64,000 nt of DNA, taken from positions 147,990 through 211,989 of the forward strand of contig CAZJVU010000001.1 in NCBI GenBank assembly GCA_964550035.1, in the 5' to 3' direction. The position numbers and the translations under genes are program-made. Position 1 is the stretch's first letter. Each line of letters opens with the position of its first letter. Positions 55,773-63,649 of this stretch are shown one piece after another. Below the pieces are notes generated by a model, which made no database searches, was not told where the DNA came from, and saw nothing but the letters and a program-made list of their open reading frames with translations. The stretch comes from an uncultured Candidatus Saccharibacteria bacterium (GTDB taxonomy: Bacteria > Patescibacteriota > Saccharimonadia > Saccharimonadales > EFPC-124).

Positions 55773-55991
55773 ATGAGTATGGTGAAAGAGCGAATCGAAG
55801 AGATACTACAGAAACCAATGAGTAGGCAGCAATTCCTTAGAAACGTAGGGCTATTGCTTCTCACGGCGGTCGGTATTACTAGTATCATCAATACATTCGA
55901 CGGCAAACACGGCGGCAAAGTCTCATCAACTAGTGGCAATAGCCAGGCATATGGTGCGGCAGCATACGCTGGTGGCAAGAAGCCTGTATAG
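55773..55991 (+). CDS. Small exported protein with a Tat-like signal (hypothetical)
   Basis: MSRQQFLRNVGLLLLTAVG resembles SRRxFLK, but with RQ in place of RR. Confidence 0.4.
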   Translation: MSMVKERIEEILQKPMSRQQFLRNVGLLLLTAVGITSIINTFDGKHGGKVSSTSGNSQAYGAAAYAGGKKPV

Positions 55992-56000
55992 GAGGCGCAT

Positions 56001-56786
56001 ATGCGCAGTGTGAAGCGATTTTTATTGGAATTGTGGCAGAAATCTAAGCTTGCTTTGGCGACCGTAAGTGCTGTTTCCCTCCTTACGTTAAGCCCGATAG
56101 CAGTTCATGCCGACAACTATGGCAACAATGCCTATGGTAGCGATGTCTATAACTCTTCGAGTACATCTGGAGGCGGCTCTTCTGGTGGATCGACGTCAGG
56201 TGGTAGCTCGAGTGGCGCAAGCTCATCGGGCAGTTCCACGAAGGGCGGTAGCGGGGCTACAGCTGCGTCGACCAACAATGAGTCAACAGTCGTGCAGACC
56301 GATTCAGGCCTGCAAGTTGCAATCAACCTGAGCGACGGGCAAGCTATTCCTTCGACCGGCTACTACATTACTATTACGCCACTCAATGGCCAGGGCAAGT
56401 CGTTTGATAAGGCCGAGATCTACCTCGACGGCGTCCTCGCGTATAGCGGCGCACCAGACGAAACAGGCACGCTCAAGTGGCTGTGGGATACCACCAAGAC
56501 ACCAGCCACGAAAGTGAAAGTCATCGTGTACGGTCCAGGAAGTGGCACCACGACGCACGAGTTTTCTGTCACAGTCACACCAGTGCAGTCAGCAACCAAT
56601 AGCGCCGATCAGAAGTCAGTAGCACCGAACTCCGAGGTTGCTCCGTCATCTGAATGGCCAATATGGTTGACGTGGTTAGTCGTGGGGCTTGCTGCGTTGA
56701 TTCTGATCGTTATCGTGTGGCTTATCGTCCGTCGCCGGCGCCGCGACCGGCAGCTTCCGCCACCGACATTTACCCCCATGCAGTAG
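56001..56786 (+). CDS. Secreted Ser/Gly-rich protein with a C-terminal membrane anchor (hypothetical)
   Basis: Signal peptide ending VHA, an SGGSS low-complexity region, a beta-rich domain, then a TM helix followed by RRRRRDRQ. Confidence 0.55.
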   Translation: MRSVKRFLLELWQKSKLALATVSAVSLLTLSPIAVHADNYGNNAYGSDVYNSSSTSGGGSSGGSTSGGSSSGASSSGSSTKGGSGATAASTNNESTVVQTDSGLQVAINLSDGQAIPSTGYYITITPLNGQGKSFDKAEIYLDGVLAYSGAPDETGTLKWLWDTTKTPATKVKVIVYGPGSGTTTHEFSVTVTPVQSATNSADQKSVAPNSEVAPSSEWPIWLTWLVVGLAALILIVIVWLIVRRRRRDRQLPPPTFTPMQ

Positions 56787-56831
56787 CGGCTAGCATCTGA
56801 GTTGCTACATCTGATATAGTAGGAGTCGACT

Positions 56832-58268
56832 ATGAGTACATCACCTACACCACGAGTTTTTAAGCGCGCCAAAATCTTGGCAACCGTCGGCCCCGCAACC
56901 GACAGCTATGAAAAAATTGAAGCTATGGTTAAGGCCGGCGTCAATGGTTTCCGTTTCAACTTCAGTCACGCGACCGAAGAACGAGCCACGCAATGGGCCG
57001 CTTGGGTTCGCCAGGCGAGTGAAGCCTGCGAAAAGCCGGTCGCCATCCTGCAAGACCTCCAGGGTCCAAAGATCCGCCTCGGCGACTTCGAAGGAAGGGT
57101 TGACCTACACAAAGGCCAAGAACTCCGCCTTGTTTTCAAAGGCGAATACGATGGCGCCAACACCTTCCCAATTCAGTACGACCTGAGCAAGAAGGTAAAA
57201 CCAGGCGAACGCCTCTACATGTATGACGGCAAAGTTCGCACTACCGTTCTGGGCGTCGAAGAAGCCAACGCTGCTGTAAACGTCCGCGTCGAGAACGATG
57301 GATTCGTTCTGCAGCGCAAAGGCATTAATCTGCCAGATACCGACTTTGGTGGCGACATTCTGACGCCAAAGGATCTACGAGACATCGAATTTGGCGTCAC
57401 GCAAGATTACGACTACGTTGCGCTGAGCTTTGTGCAGAGCGCCGACGACATCAAGCTCCTCAAGGACATGCTCCGCGAAAAAGGTTCCGAAGTAAAAGTC
57501 ATTGCCAAGGTCGAGACGCCAGCAGCCATCGCCGACGAAAACCTTGAAGACATCGTCATAGAATCCGACGGCGTGATGGTCGCTCGTGGAGACCTAGCGG
57601 TCGAAGCTAGTCCAGAAGTTGTGCCAATTGTTCAGCGTCGTATCCTGGCGCTCTGCCAGAAGCACGGCAAGATCAGCATCGTCGCCACCCAAATGCTCAT
57701 GAGCATGGTTGATGCACCAGAGCCAACACGCGCCGAGGTGAGCGACATCGCGACCGCTGTTATTAGTGGCGCTGACTGCCTGATGTTAAGCGAGGAATCG
57801 GCCATGGGTAGTTACCCAATCGAAGCGATTGCAACCATGAAGCGCGTGATCATGTACACCCAAGAGCACGAGCCGGTTCGTCCGATTCTGTATAACGACC
57901 AGCCAAATCACGCTGAGCGCAGAGATTCAATTAGCTCTGCCGTAACAACGCTTGCGCATCAGATTGGTGCCAAGGCGATTATCGCTGAGACAAAGACAGG
58001 TGCAACCGCACAGAGTATCGCCAGTCACCGCCCCACGATGCCGATCATCTCGGTCACTTCCGTCCCACGTGTTGCCCAGCAGCTCACGTTGCTTTACGCC
58101 AACAAGAGCTTCCTGCGCCCAGACGGCGAAAACGCTGGATACGATCTCGCCAAAGAGCTGCGCGAGAAGGACTTCTTCGACGCTGGTTCGACGGTCGTTG
58201 TTGTTTCTGGCCAACAGCCGGGTGTACCGGGCAACACCGACACGATTCGCGTTCGCGTCCTCGAGTAG
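56832..58268 (+). CDS. pyk: Pyruvate kinase
   Basis: 478 aa with RFNFSHA, GPKIRLG and MVARGDL motifs. Confidence 0.92.
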   Translation: MSTSPTPRVFKRAKILATVGPATDSYEKIEAMVKAGVNGFRFNFSHATEERATQWAAWVRQASEACEKPVAILQDLQGPKIRLGDFEGRVDLHKGQELRLVFKGEYDGANTFPIQYDLSKKVKPGERLYMYDGKVRTTVLGVEEANAAVNVRVENDGFVLQRKGINLPDTDFGGDILTPKDLRDIEFGVTQDYDYVALSFVQSADDIKLLKDMLREKGSEVKVIAKVETPAAIADENLEDIVIESDGVMVARGDLAVEASPEVVPIVQRRILALCQKHGKISIVATQMLMSMVDAPEPTRAEVSDIATAVISGADCLMLSEESAMGSYPIEAIATMKRVIMYTQEHEPVRPILYNDQPNHAERRDSISSAVTTLAHQIGAKAIIAETKTGATAQSIASHRPTMPIISVTSVPRVAQQLTLLYANKSFLRPDGENAGYDLAKELREKDFFDAGSTVVVVSGQQPGVPGNTDTIRVRVLE

Positions 58269-58303
58269 AAAGCCACGGTCCGAAGCAAATCAGCCCCTCA
58301 TGT

Positions 58304-58795
58304 TCAGGGGCTGATTTTTATTGTCTTGAGAATTTTGCGCTGATACGGGTCGTCACGTGGGAAGAAGTCGATGATAGTGAGCGCGTCAAATACCACGGAG
58401 TCGCCGGCGCGCAGGCGTGTATGCTTCTGCACGGTCGAGTGTGGCAGGAATCCGTCGCGGACAAACTCGGGATTGTTTGGCTTGAAGCCGCCTTGCTCGA
58501 GTACCGTGATGATATCTTGATGCAAGCGGACAAGACTGGGCGTTTTCTCGAGGAGCACAACACGAATCTGCTTGTCGGGACCGAAGAATGTATCACCCAT
58601 GGCGACGCTTGTTGCTGGCGTGTGAGATGCCAATGACGCTTCCAGCCGTTCACCCATGGTGGATGCGTTCCAATCGACCGCAAAGACATCGACCAGTGTC
58701 GAATGGAGCGGCCAATCCTTCCAGAAAAACTGGGTGCCTTCTGGTACGTCCTCGAAAAGCTGAATGATGGCGTACTTCTGCGTGAATGCTTGCAT
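58304..58795 (-). CDS. 2H phosphoesterase superfamily protein (LigT / 2'-5' RNA ligase-like)
   Basis: Two HxT motifs (PLHSTLVD and LPHSTVQK) at appropriate spacing. Confidence 0.55.
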   Translation of the reverse strand: MQAFTQKYAIIQLFEDVPEGTQFFWKDWPLHSTLVDVFAVDWNASTMGERLEASLASHTPATSVAMGDTFFGPDKQIRVVLLEKTPSLVRLHQDIITVLEQGGFKPNNPEFVRDGFLPHSTVQKHTRLRAGDSVVFDALTIIDFFPRDDPYQRKILKTIKISP

Positions 58796-58869
58796 ATGAG
58801 TCTTAGTATACCCTGTCGCCGTGGGAACTACTCGCCTGCGTAAACGACTTATGCTTAAATAAACTCATT

Positions 58870-60099
58870 ATGGCGTTTAGCAAAAAGACGATTTCGGATG
58901 TGCCTTTGGACGGTCAGCGCATCTTACTTAGAGCAGATTACAATGTACCACTCGATGGCACGAAGGTTGACGACGACTACCGTATTACGCAGTCGCTGCC
59001 GACTATTGAAGCGCTCAGGGCACGTGGCTGTCAGATTGTGATCTGTTCGCACCTCGGCCGGCCAGAAGGCAAGCCAAACCCAGCGCTCAGTCTCGCGCCA
59101 GTCGCTGAACGGCTGGGTGAGCTGCTGAATGAGCATGTAGCTTTTGTGCCAGAATGCGTGGGCGACCGCGTGGTGCAAGCCGTTAAGAATATGGGGAGCG
59201 GGCAGATTGTGCTGCTCGAGAACCTGCGGTTCCATCCTGAAGAGGAAGCTAATGATCCGACATTTGCTAAGCAGCTCGCGACCGATAGTGGTGCGGCGTA
59301 TTTTGTGGAGGACGGATTTGGTGTGGTGCACCGTGCGCACGCGAGCACGGAGGCGGTCACGCACTTTCTGCCGAGTGTCGCCGGGCTGTTGCTCCAGAAA
59401 GAAATCACAATTATCGACGCTGCCATGGAAGATCCAAAACGTCCGATGGTCGCCATCGTTGGCGGCGCCAAGATAAGCGACAAGATCAAGATCGTCGAGC
59501 GTTTCGTGGACATGGCTGACCAGCTGATCATCGGCGGCGCCATGGCGAATACATTTCTCAAGTACAAGGGCTGCGAGATCGGAAAGAGCAAGTTTGAAGG
59601 CGACCAAGAGCACCTCCTGCAAGAGATCTATGCACGCGCGCTCAATAAAGTATCAGGCAAACGCTCTGTCGATGAGTTCCTCTACTTACCGGTTGATGTC
59701 GCGGTGACGACCGATCTAGAGAGCGAGCAGCAACGTCGCACGGTTGTGAACGTGCACGACGTGACGTCAGATGAGTTTATCGTTGATATTGGTGCACAGA
59801 CCATCAGTCGAGCGGTCGAGCTGCTACAGGGCGCGGGAACGGTTGTGTGGAATGGCACGATGGGCGTCACTGAGAAGGAGGCGTTCAGTAACGGCTCGGC
59901 CTACATTGCTGATGCGCTTGCCAAGCAGCACGACACGACCGAGACAATCGTTGGTGGCGGCGACACGGCGGACTTTGTGCTGCACTGGGACCCGAAGAAG
60001 GGCGGGAGTTTCTCTCACGTCAGTACCGGTGGTGGCGCAAGTCTCGAGCTCATGGCTGGCGAGAAACTTCCCGGTGTCGAAGCATTGATGGACGCCTAG
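58870..60099 (+). CDS. pgk: Phosphoglycerate kinase
   Basis: RADYNVPL, SHLGRP and GGGDT motifs. Confidence 0.92.
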   Translation: MAFSKKTISDVPLDGQRILLRADYNVPLDGTKVDDDYRITQSLPTIEALRARGCQIVICSHLGRPEGKPNPALSLAPVAERLGELLNEHVAFVPECVGDRVVQAVKNMGSGQIVLLENLRFHPEEEANDPTFAKQLATDSGAAYFVEDGFGVVHRAHASTEAVTHFLPSVAGLLLQKEITIIDAAMEDPKRPMVAIVGGAKISDKIKIVERFVDMADQLIIGGAMANTFLKYKGCEIGKSKFEGDQEHLLQEIYARALNKVSGKRSVDEFLYLPVDVAVTTDLESEQQRRTVVNVHDVTSDEFIVDIGAQTISRAVELLQGAGTVVWNGTMGVTEKEAFSNGSAYIADALAKQHDTTETIVGGGDTADFVLHWDPKKGGSFSHVSTGGGASLELMAGEKLPGVEALMDA

Positions 60100-60159
60100 C
60101 CAGGTTGGCCAAAACATAGTAGGATTAAAGCATAAGAATAATATCGGGTGGCATAGCTG

Positions 60160-60933
60160 ATGTCCAAAAAATTGATCGTCGCTAACTGGAAAATGCACTT
60201 TACAACTGGGCAATCCAGTTTGTATCTGCACAAACTTCAGGAGCAAGCGCCAAACTATCGTGACGTCGAAGTGGTGCTGTGCCCGAATCTTCTTGCGCTT
60301 CAGTCGCTCTCGTTGCAGGTCAATCACCGCAAGTTTCACCTTGGCGCTCAGAATTGCTATTTCCAAGACGAAGGCGCATTTACCGGTGAAGTGTCGGCCA
60401 CGCAGCTTCGTGGGTTGGTGCACTATGTGATCGTCGGCCACTCCGAGCGCCGTCACATCTTTGGTGAGACGAACAAGGAGGTTGCGCAAAAAGTTCAGGC
60501 CGTGCTCCGAAACGGCATGAAGCCCATCCTCTGCGTCGGCGAGACTAAACACGAACGCGCTGAGGGCGAAACCGCGCATGTCATTCACGATCAAGTGACC
60601 GCCGGTCTTCGCAACATCACTAGCGAAGAGATCGAAGATGTCGTCATAGCTTACGAGCCAGTGTGGGCGATCGGCACGGGTGATTACGCCAGCACTGAAG
60701 ACGCCGCCAAAGCCGCTAAGCTTATCCGTAAACACGTCCGCGCACTATTCGGTGACAAGGCGGCAGAAGCGGTCCGAGTACTCTACGGCGGGAGCGTGGA
60801 TGGTTCAAACGACGCGAGCTTTATACACACCGAAGGCATCGACGGCCTGCTCGTCGGTGGCGCAAGCCTGAAGGCCAAGGTGTTCAGTGCGATCATCGAA
60901 AGTGCTCACGGACAGGATAACGACAAAGGGTAA
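60160..60933 (+). CDS. tpiA: Triosephosphate isomerase
   Basis: ANWKMH, GHSERR and AYEPVWAIGTG motifs. Confidence 0.92.
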   Translation: MSKKLIVANWKMHFTTGQSSLYLHKLQEQAPNYRDVEVVLCPNLLALQSLSLQVNHRKFHLGAQNCYFQDEGAFTGEVSATQLRGLVHYVIVGHSERRHIFGETNKEVAQKVQAVLRNGMKPILCVGETKHERAEGETAHVIHDQVTAGLRNITSEEIEDVVIAYEPVWAIGTGDYASTEDAAKAAKLIRKHVRALFGDKAAEAVRVLYGGSVDGSNDASFIHTEGIDGLLVGGASLKAKVFSAIIESAHGQDNDKG

Positions 60934-60935
60934 TA

Positions 60936-62015
60936 ATGAACGATTTTGATTTTGAGGAGTTGGATAAAGCGGTAAGTGACTTAGCAGTCAAAACGCAGGA
61001 CGAGCATAGCGACGTCGGTCTCGAGGCTGCTCCAGTATCTCTTGCCATCGCACGGAGTGACCCTCGGAAGCCAGAGCCAGTAGTAGTCAAAGCTACCGTG
61101 CCACGCAGCGAACCCCAGCCGACCGAATCAACATCGATTCCGGTCGCTACACCGCAGAAACACTCAGCGCGCCTGAGCGACACAAAACCCCGAAGCCGCG
61201 GTGCATTCATGGACATTGTGCCGCCCACGTCTCGCAAGCCTGGTGGCCGCGTGGGTGTGTTCATTCAGCCGGTAAACAAGCCAGAAGATGTTATGCCAGA
61301 AGAACCACAGAAGCAGTCCGAACCAGAAGCTCCTGCCTCTGAAGCAACTGTAGAACCCAAGCCGGAAGTGCCAACTTCTCAACCCGACACGCCTGAGACG
61401 AATATTCAGAAGAAGCCCCAAGAAGTGTCATGGCCTGACCCGCTCGATTTTGGCGCAGGCGAGAAAGACGACGCAGATAAGAAATCCCTCGAGCAAACCC
61501 AGCCCGAACCGCCCGTCACGCCTTTCCTTGCGGAGGCCAAGGTAGAAAAGCGACCGCTTGGCGCGTTCTCTAACTTTAAGCCTGCTGTTGAGCCAAAAGC
61601 TGAGGAGGCGCAAACGCCCGAAGAGCCCAAGCCGCACGACGAGCTAACGCCAGAAAAAGATGGTACGTTCAAAGAGCCTCAGCCCGAAAAGGAAAAGCCA
61701 GCCGAGCCAGAATCTCCTGAAGTTCCAGCGCCGCAAGAAGAGAAGTCGAGTAAGCCTACAGAGTCAGAGAAGCCTGATCTCCATAATCAAGCCATGATGT
61801 CCATCCCACAGCAATACCACACCGAGGCAAAGCTGGCCGACAAAGCTGCTCGTCCTGTCTTCGATACCAAAGAATATCACCCGCCCCTCGCCGAAGCAGC
61901 CGGTCATGAGCACCGAGGCGGCGGAAGCATGTGGGGCAAGATCTTTATCGCGTTTGTGGTGGTTGTGCTGCTCGCAGTTGCCGGGTATTTTGCCTACCTC
62001 TACGTTGCGCGATAG
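60936..62015 (+). CDS. Pro/Glu/Lys-rich tail-anchored protein (hypothetical)
   Basis: A low-complexity PE-rich body with a single C-terminal helix FIAFVVVVLLAVAGYFAYLYV. Confidence 0.5.
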   Translation: MNDFDFEELDKAVSDLAVKTQDEHSDVGLEAAPVSLAIARSDPRKPEPVVVKATVPRSEPQPTESTSIPVATPQKHSARLSDTKPRSRGAFMDIVPPTSRKPGGRVGVFIQPVNKPEDVMPEEPQKQSEPEAPASEATVEPKPEVPTSQPDTPETNIQKKPQEVSWPDPLDFGAGEKDDADKKSLEQTQPEPPVTPFLAEAKVEKRPLGAFSNFKPAVEPKAEEAQTPEEPKPHDELTPEKDGTFKEPQPEKEKPAEPESPEVPAPQEEKSSKPTESEKPDLHNQAMMSIPQQYHTEAKLADKAARPVFDTKEYHPPLAEAAGHEHRGGGSMWGKIFIAFVVVVLLAVAGYFAYLYVAR

Positions 62016-62086
62016 GAGCAAGAAGCTGTTTTGAGAATTCGCGTTTGCTCTGTGAACTGTCAAAATAGTTTCTTGTGTCGTATGGG

Positions 62087-62122
62087 GCGAGGGCGGCTCG
62101 GTTGTGCCGAACCATCCCTCGC
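62087..62122 (-). terminator. GC-rich imperfect hairpin after ORF 62129..62383
   Basis: GCGAGGG ... CCCTCGC outer stem, with inner GGTTCGG/CCGAGCC pairing. Confidence 0.4.
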
Positions 62123-62128
62123 CTCCAT

Positions 62129-62383
62129 TCAGTCGTTCCGTTGGTGGCGCAGAGTCTCCTCCACTACGTCGTCCAGCGACGCGATGCGTGCGTTGCGCTT
62201 CCGCTTGACCTGCCAGTAGCGGGCCTCGACCACCAACCAGATCAGAAGAACCGCGCAGCCCACGATGATGATCCATTTCGTGGACCACGGCTGGGACGTG
62301 TAGTCGAGCCACGTGTCGGTCACCACGATCGCCACCACCAGGAGCAGCACAGCAAAGCGACCGAGTTGTCGGAACAAACGCAT
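62129..62383 (-). CDS. Small two-TM membrane protein with a basic tail (GC-rich cassette L)
   Basis: 84 aa with GGAGG 6 nt upstream. It has helices FAVLLLVVAIVV and WIIIVGCAVLLIWLVV, then a KRKRN tail. It is divergent from the RelE-like ORF. Confidence 0.55.
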   Translation of the reverse strand: MRLFRQLGRFAVLLLVVAIVVTDTWLDYTSQPWSTKWIIIVGCAVLLIWLVVEARYWQVKRKRNARIASLDDVVEETLRHQRND

Positions 62384-62570
62384 GTCTTACCTCCAAGGGG
62401 AATGGATTCTTTGTTTATTTATAATAAAAACACATTTCAGTCAAGTGCATCAGTGGCTGCACTTGCTCGGCTGTGTCGCGGCCGGCTAGATTCTAGGCGT
62501 CTGTATTTTTGTCCAACAGCAAAGATCGTTATAATACAGGAGTCCGATTCGGCACGAGCAAAGGAGAACC

Positions 62571-62807
62571 ATGTCCTTCAACGTGAAGGTGCTGCCCGAC
62601 GCCCAGACTGCCATGAGGAGTCGCCCGCACAGCGTCCAGGAAGCGATCAAGACCATCCTGCGTGGCGACCTGGCGACTCGTCCGGAAGAGGTGGGCGCGG
62701 CCCTGCAGGAGCCCTTCGTCGGCTGCCGCTCGCTGAGCCGCGGGGGCTACGAGATCATCTACCGGGTGGCGGGCGACGAGGTGCACGTCCTGAGCATCTC
62801 GCAGTGA
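62571..62807 (+). CDS. RelE/ParE-superfamily toxin-like protein, short form (GC-rich cassette M)
   Basis: LRGDLATRPEEVGAALQEPFVGCRSLSRGGYEIIYRVAGDEVHVLSI matches the xLxxxPxxxGxxLxGxLxGxxSxRxGxYRxxYxV pattern of actinobacterial RelE proteins. AAAGGAG lies upstream, with TATAAT at 62530-62535. Confidence 0.65.
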   Translation: MSFNVKVLPDAQTAMRSRPHSVQEAIKTILRGDLATRPEEVGAALQEPFVGCRSLSRGGYEIIYRVAGDEVHVLSISQ

Positions 62808-62833
62808 CGCCGAGCTCCTAGGCGGCCGGACAC

Positions 62834-62865
62834 GGGCAGGACCAACTGACACGTTGGTCCTGCCC
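62834..62865 (+). terminator. Perfect 13-bp GC-rich hairpin after cassette M
   Basis: GGGCAGGACCAAC-tgacac-GTTGGTCCTGCCC. Confidence 0.5.
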
Positions 62866-62915
62866 GCAACTCCATTCTAGATACAATAATTTCAGTACTA
62901 TATTTTGTGGTGTGG

Positions 62916-62944
62916 GCGGGGCTCGTTCAGCTGACGAGCCCCGC
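62916..62944 (-). terminator. GC-rich hairpin after cassette N
   Basis: GCGGGGCTCGT-tcagctg-ACGAGCCCCGC. Confidence 0.5.
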
Positions 62945-62952
62945 ACCGCGAT

Positions 62953-63186
62953 TCAGGCCTCGGGGCGACCCTGCTTGCGTCGACGCCCGCGCCGCCACGC
63001 CCGCGCCATGAGCCAGATGATTCCCAGACCGAGCACGATCCCCAGCACCGTGTTGAGCCAGGGCACGTGAACGTTGAGGAAATCGTCGATTTGTCGGGGC
63101 TCAAAGACCGTGACCACGAGAGCCACCACGATCAAGATGCAGACCCCGATGTTGCCGAGGATTTTTTTCACCGAACGGCGTTCCAT
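62953..63186 (-). CDS. Small two-TM membrane protein with a basic tail (GC-rich cassette N)
   Basis: The ATG at 63186 (MERRSVKK...) follows GGAGGT. It has helices IGVCILIVVALVVTVF and VLGIVLGLGIIWLMA, then an RRGRRRK tail. The architecture is the same as 62129..62383. Confidence 0.55.
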   Translation of the reverse strand: MERRSVKKILGNIGVCILIVVALVVTVFEPRQIDDFLNVHVPWLNTVLGIVLGLGIIWLMARAWRRGRRRKQGRPEA

Positions 63187-63316
63187 TGGTACCTCCGTTG
63201 TCGATGGGAACTGAGTTAAAATATCATGATATAGCAAATGACGCAACTAGTGAGCTGACTCCGCCGCGTACGCTATACTAGGACAGTCGATACTAGGGCG
63301 AGATTGAGGAGTTTTG

Positions 63317-63559
63317 ATGGCGGCATACCAGGTGAAGGTGACGGACGAAGCCCGCGACGGATACAACGGTTTTTCGCGGGCAGTCACGCCGGCGATCTTC
63401 AACACTCTGGAGGGTGACCTGTCCGAACGGCCCAACGAAGTTGGTACGGCTCTGGTCGGTCGGCTCGCCGGTACTCGGTCACTGACGAGGGGAAGTTACA
63501 AGATCCACTACAAAGTCGAAGGCAAGACTGTGCTGATCATCGACATCACTCGTCGCTGA
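63317..63559 (+). CDS. RelE/ParE-superfamily toxin-like protein, short form (GC-rich cassette O)
   Basis: LEGDLSERPNEVGTALVGRLAGTRSLTRGSYKIHYKVEGKTVLIIDITRR is a clear paralog of 62571..62807. GAGGAG lies 5 nt upstream of the ATG at 63317. Confidence 0.65.
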   Translation: MAAYQVKVTDEARDGYNGFSRAVTPAIFNTLEGDLSERPNEVGTALVGRLAGTRSLTRGSYKIHYKVEGKTVLIIDITRR

Positions 63560-63563
63560 GCGT

Positions 63564-63599
63564 CGTCCCGCCCGCGAGCTATGGCTCGCGGGCGGGACG
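63564..63599 (+). terminator. Perfect 16-bp GC-rich hairpin after cassette O
   Basis: CGTCCCGCCCGCGAGC-tatg-GCTCGCGGGCGGGACG. Confidence 0.55.
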
Positions 63600-63649
63600 C
63601 ACAAAATTACAACTCCGCTATCGACCTGCCTACGCTACAATAAAAAGCG

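Noticed and set aside
62075-62821. 248-aa plus-strand ORF spanning cassette L (antisense), the L-M spacer and cassette M (out of frame)
   Set aside because: It crosses an AT-rich promoter region and two independent genes that have their own SDs. The product is Arg/Pro-rich, so it is an artefact of stop-poor GC-rich sequence.
518-63599. The cassettes as integron gene cassettes with attC sites
   Set aside because: The post-ORF hairpins share no RYYYAAC/GTTRRRY core or extrahelical-base pattern. The cassettes are dispersed rather than arrayed, they occur in both orientations, and no intI is present.
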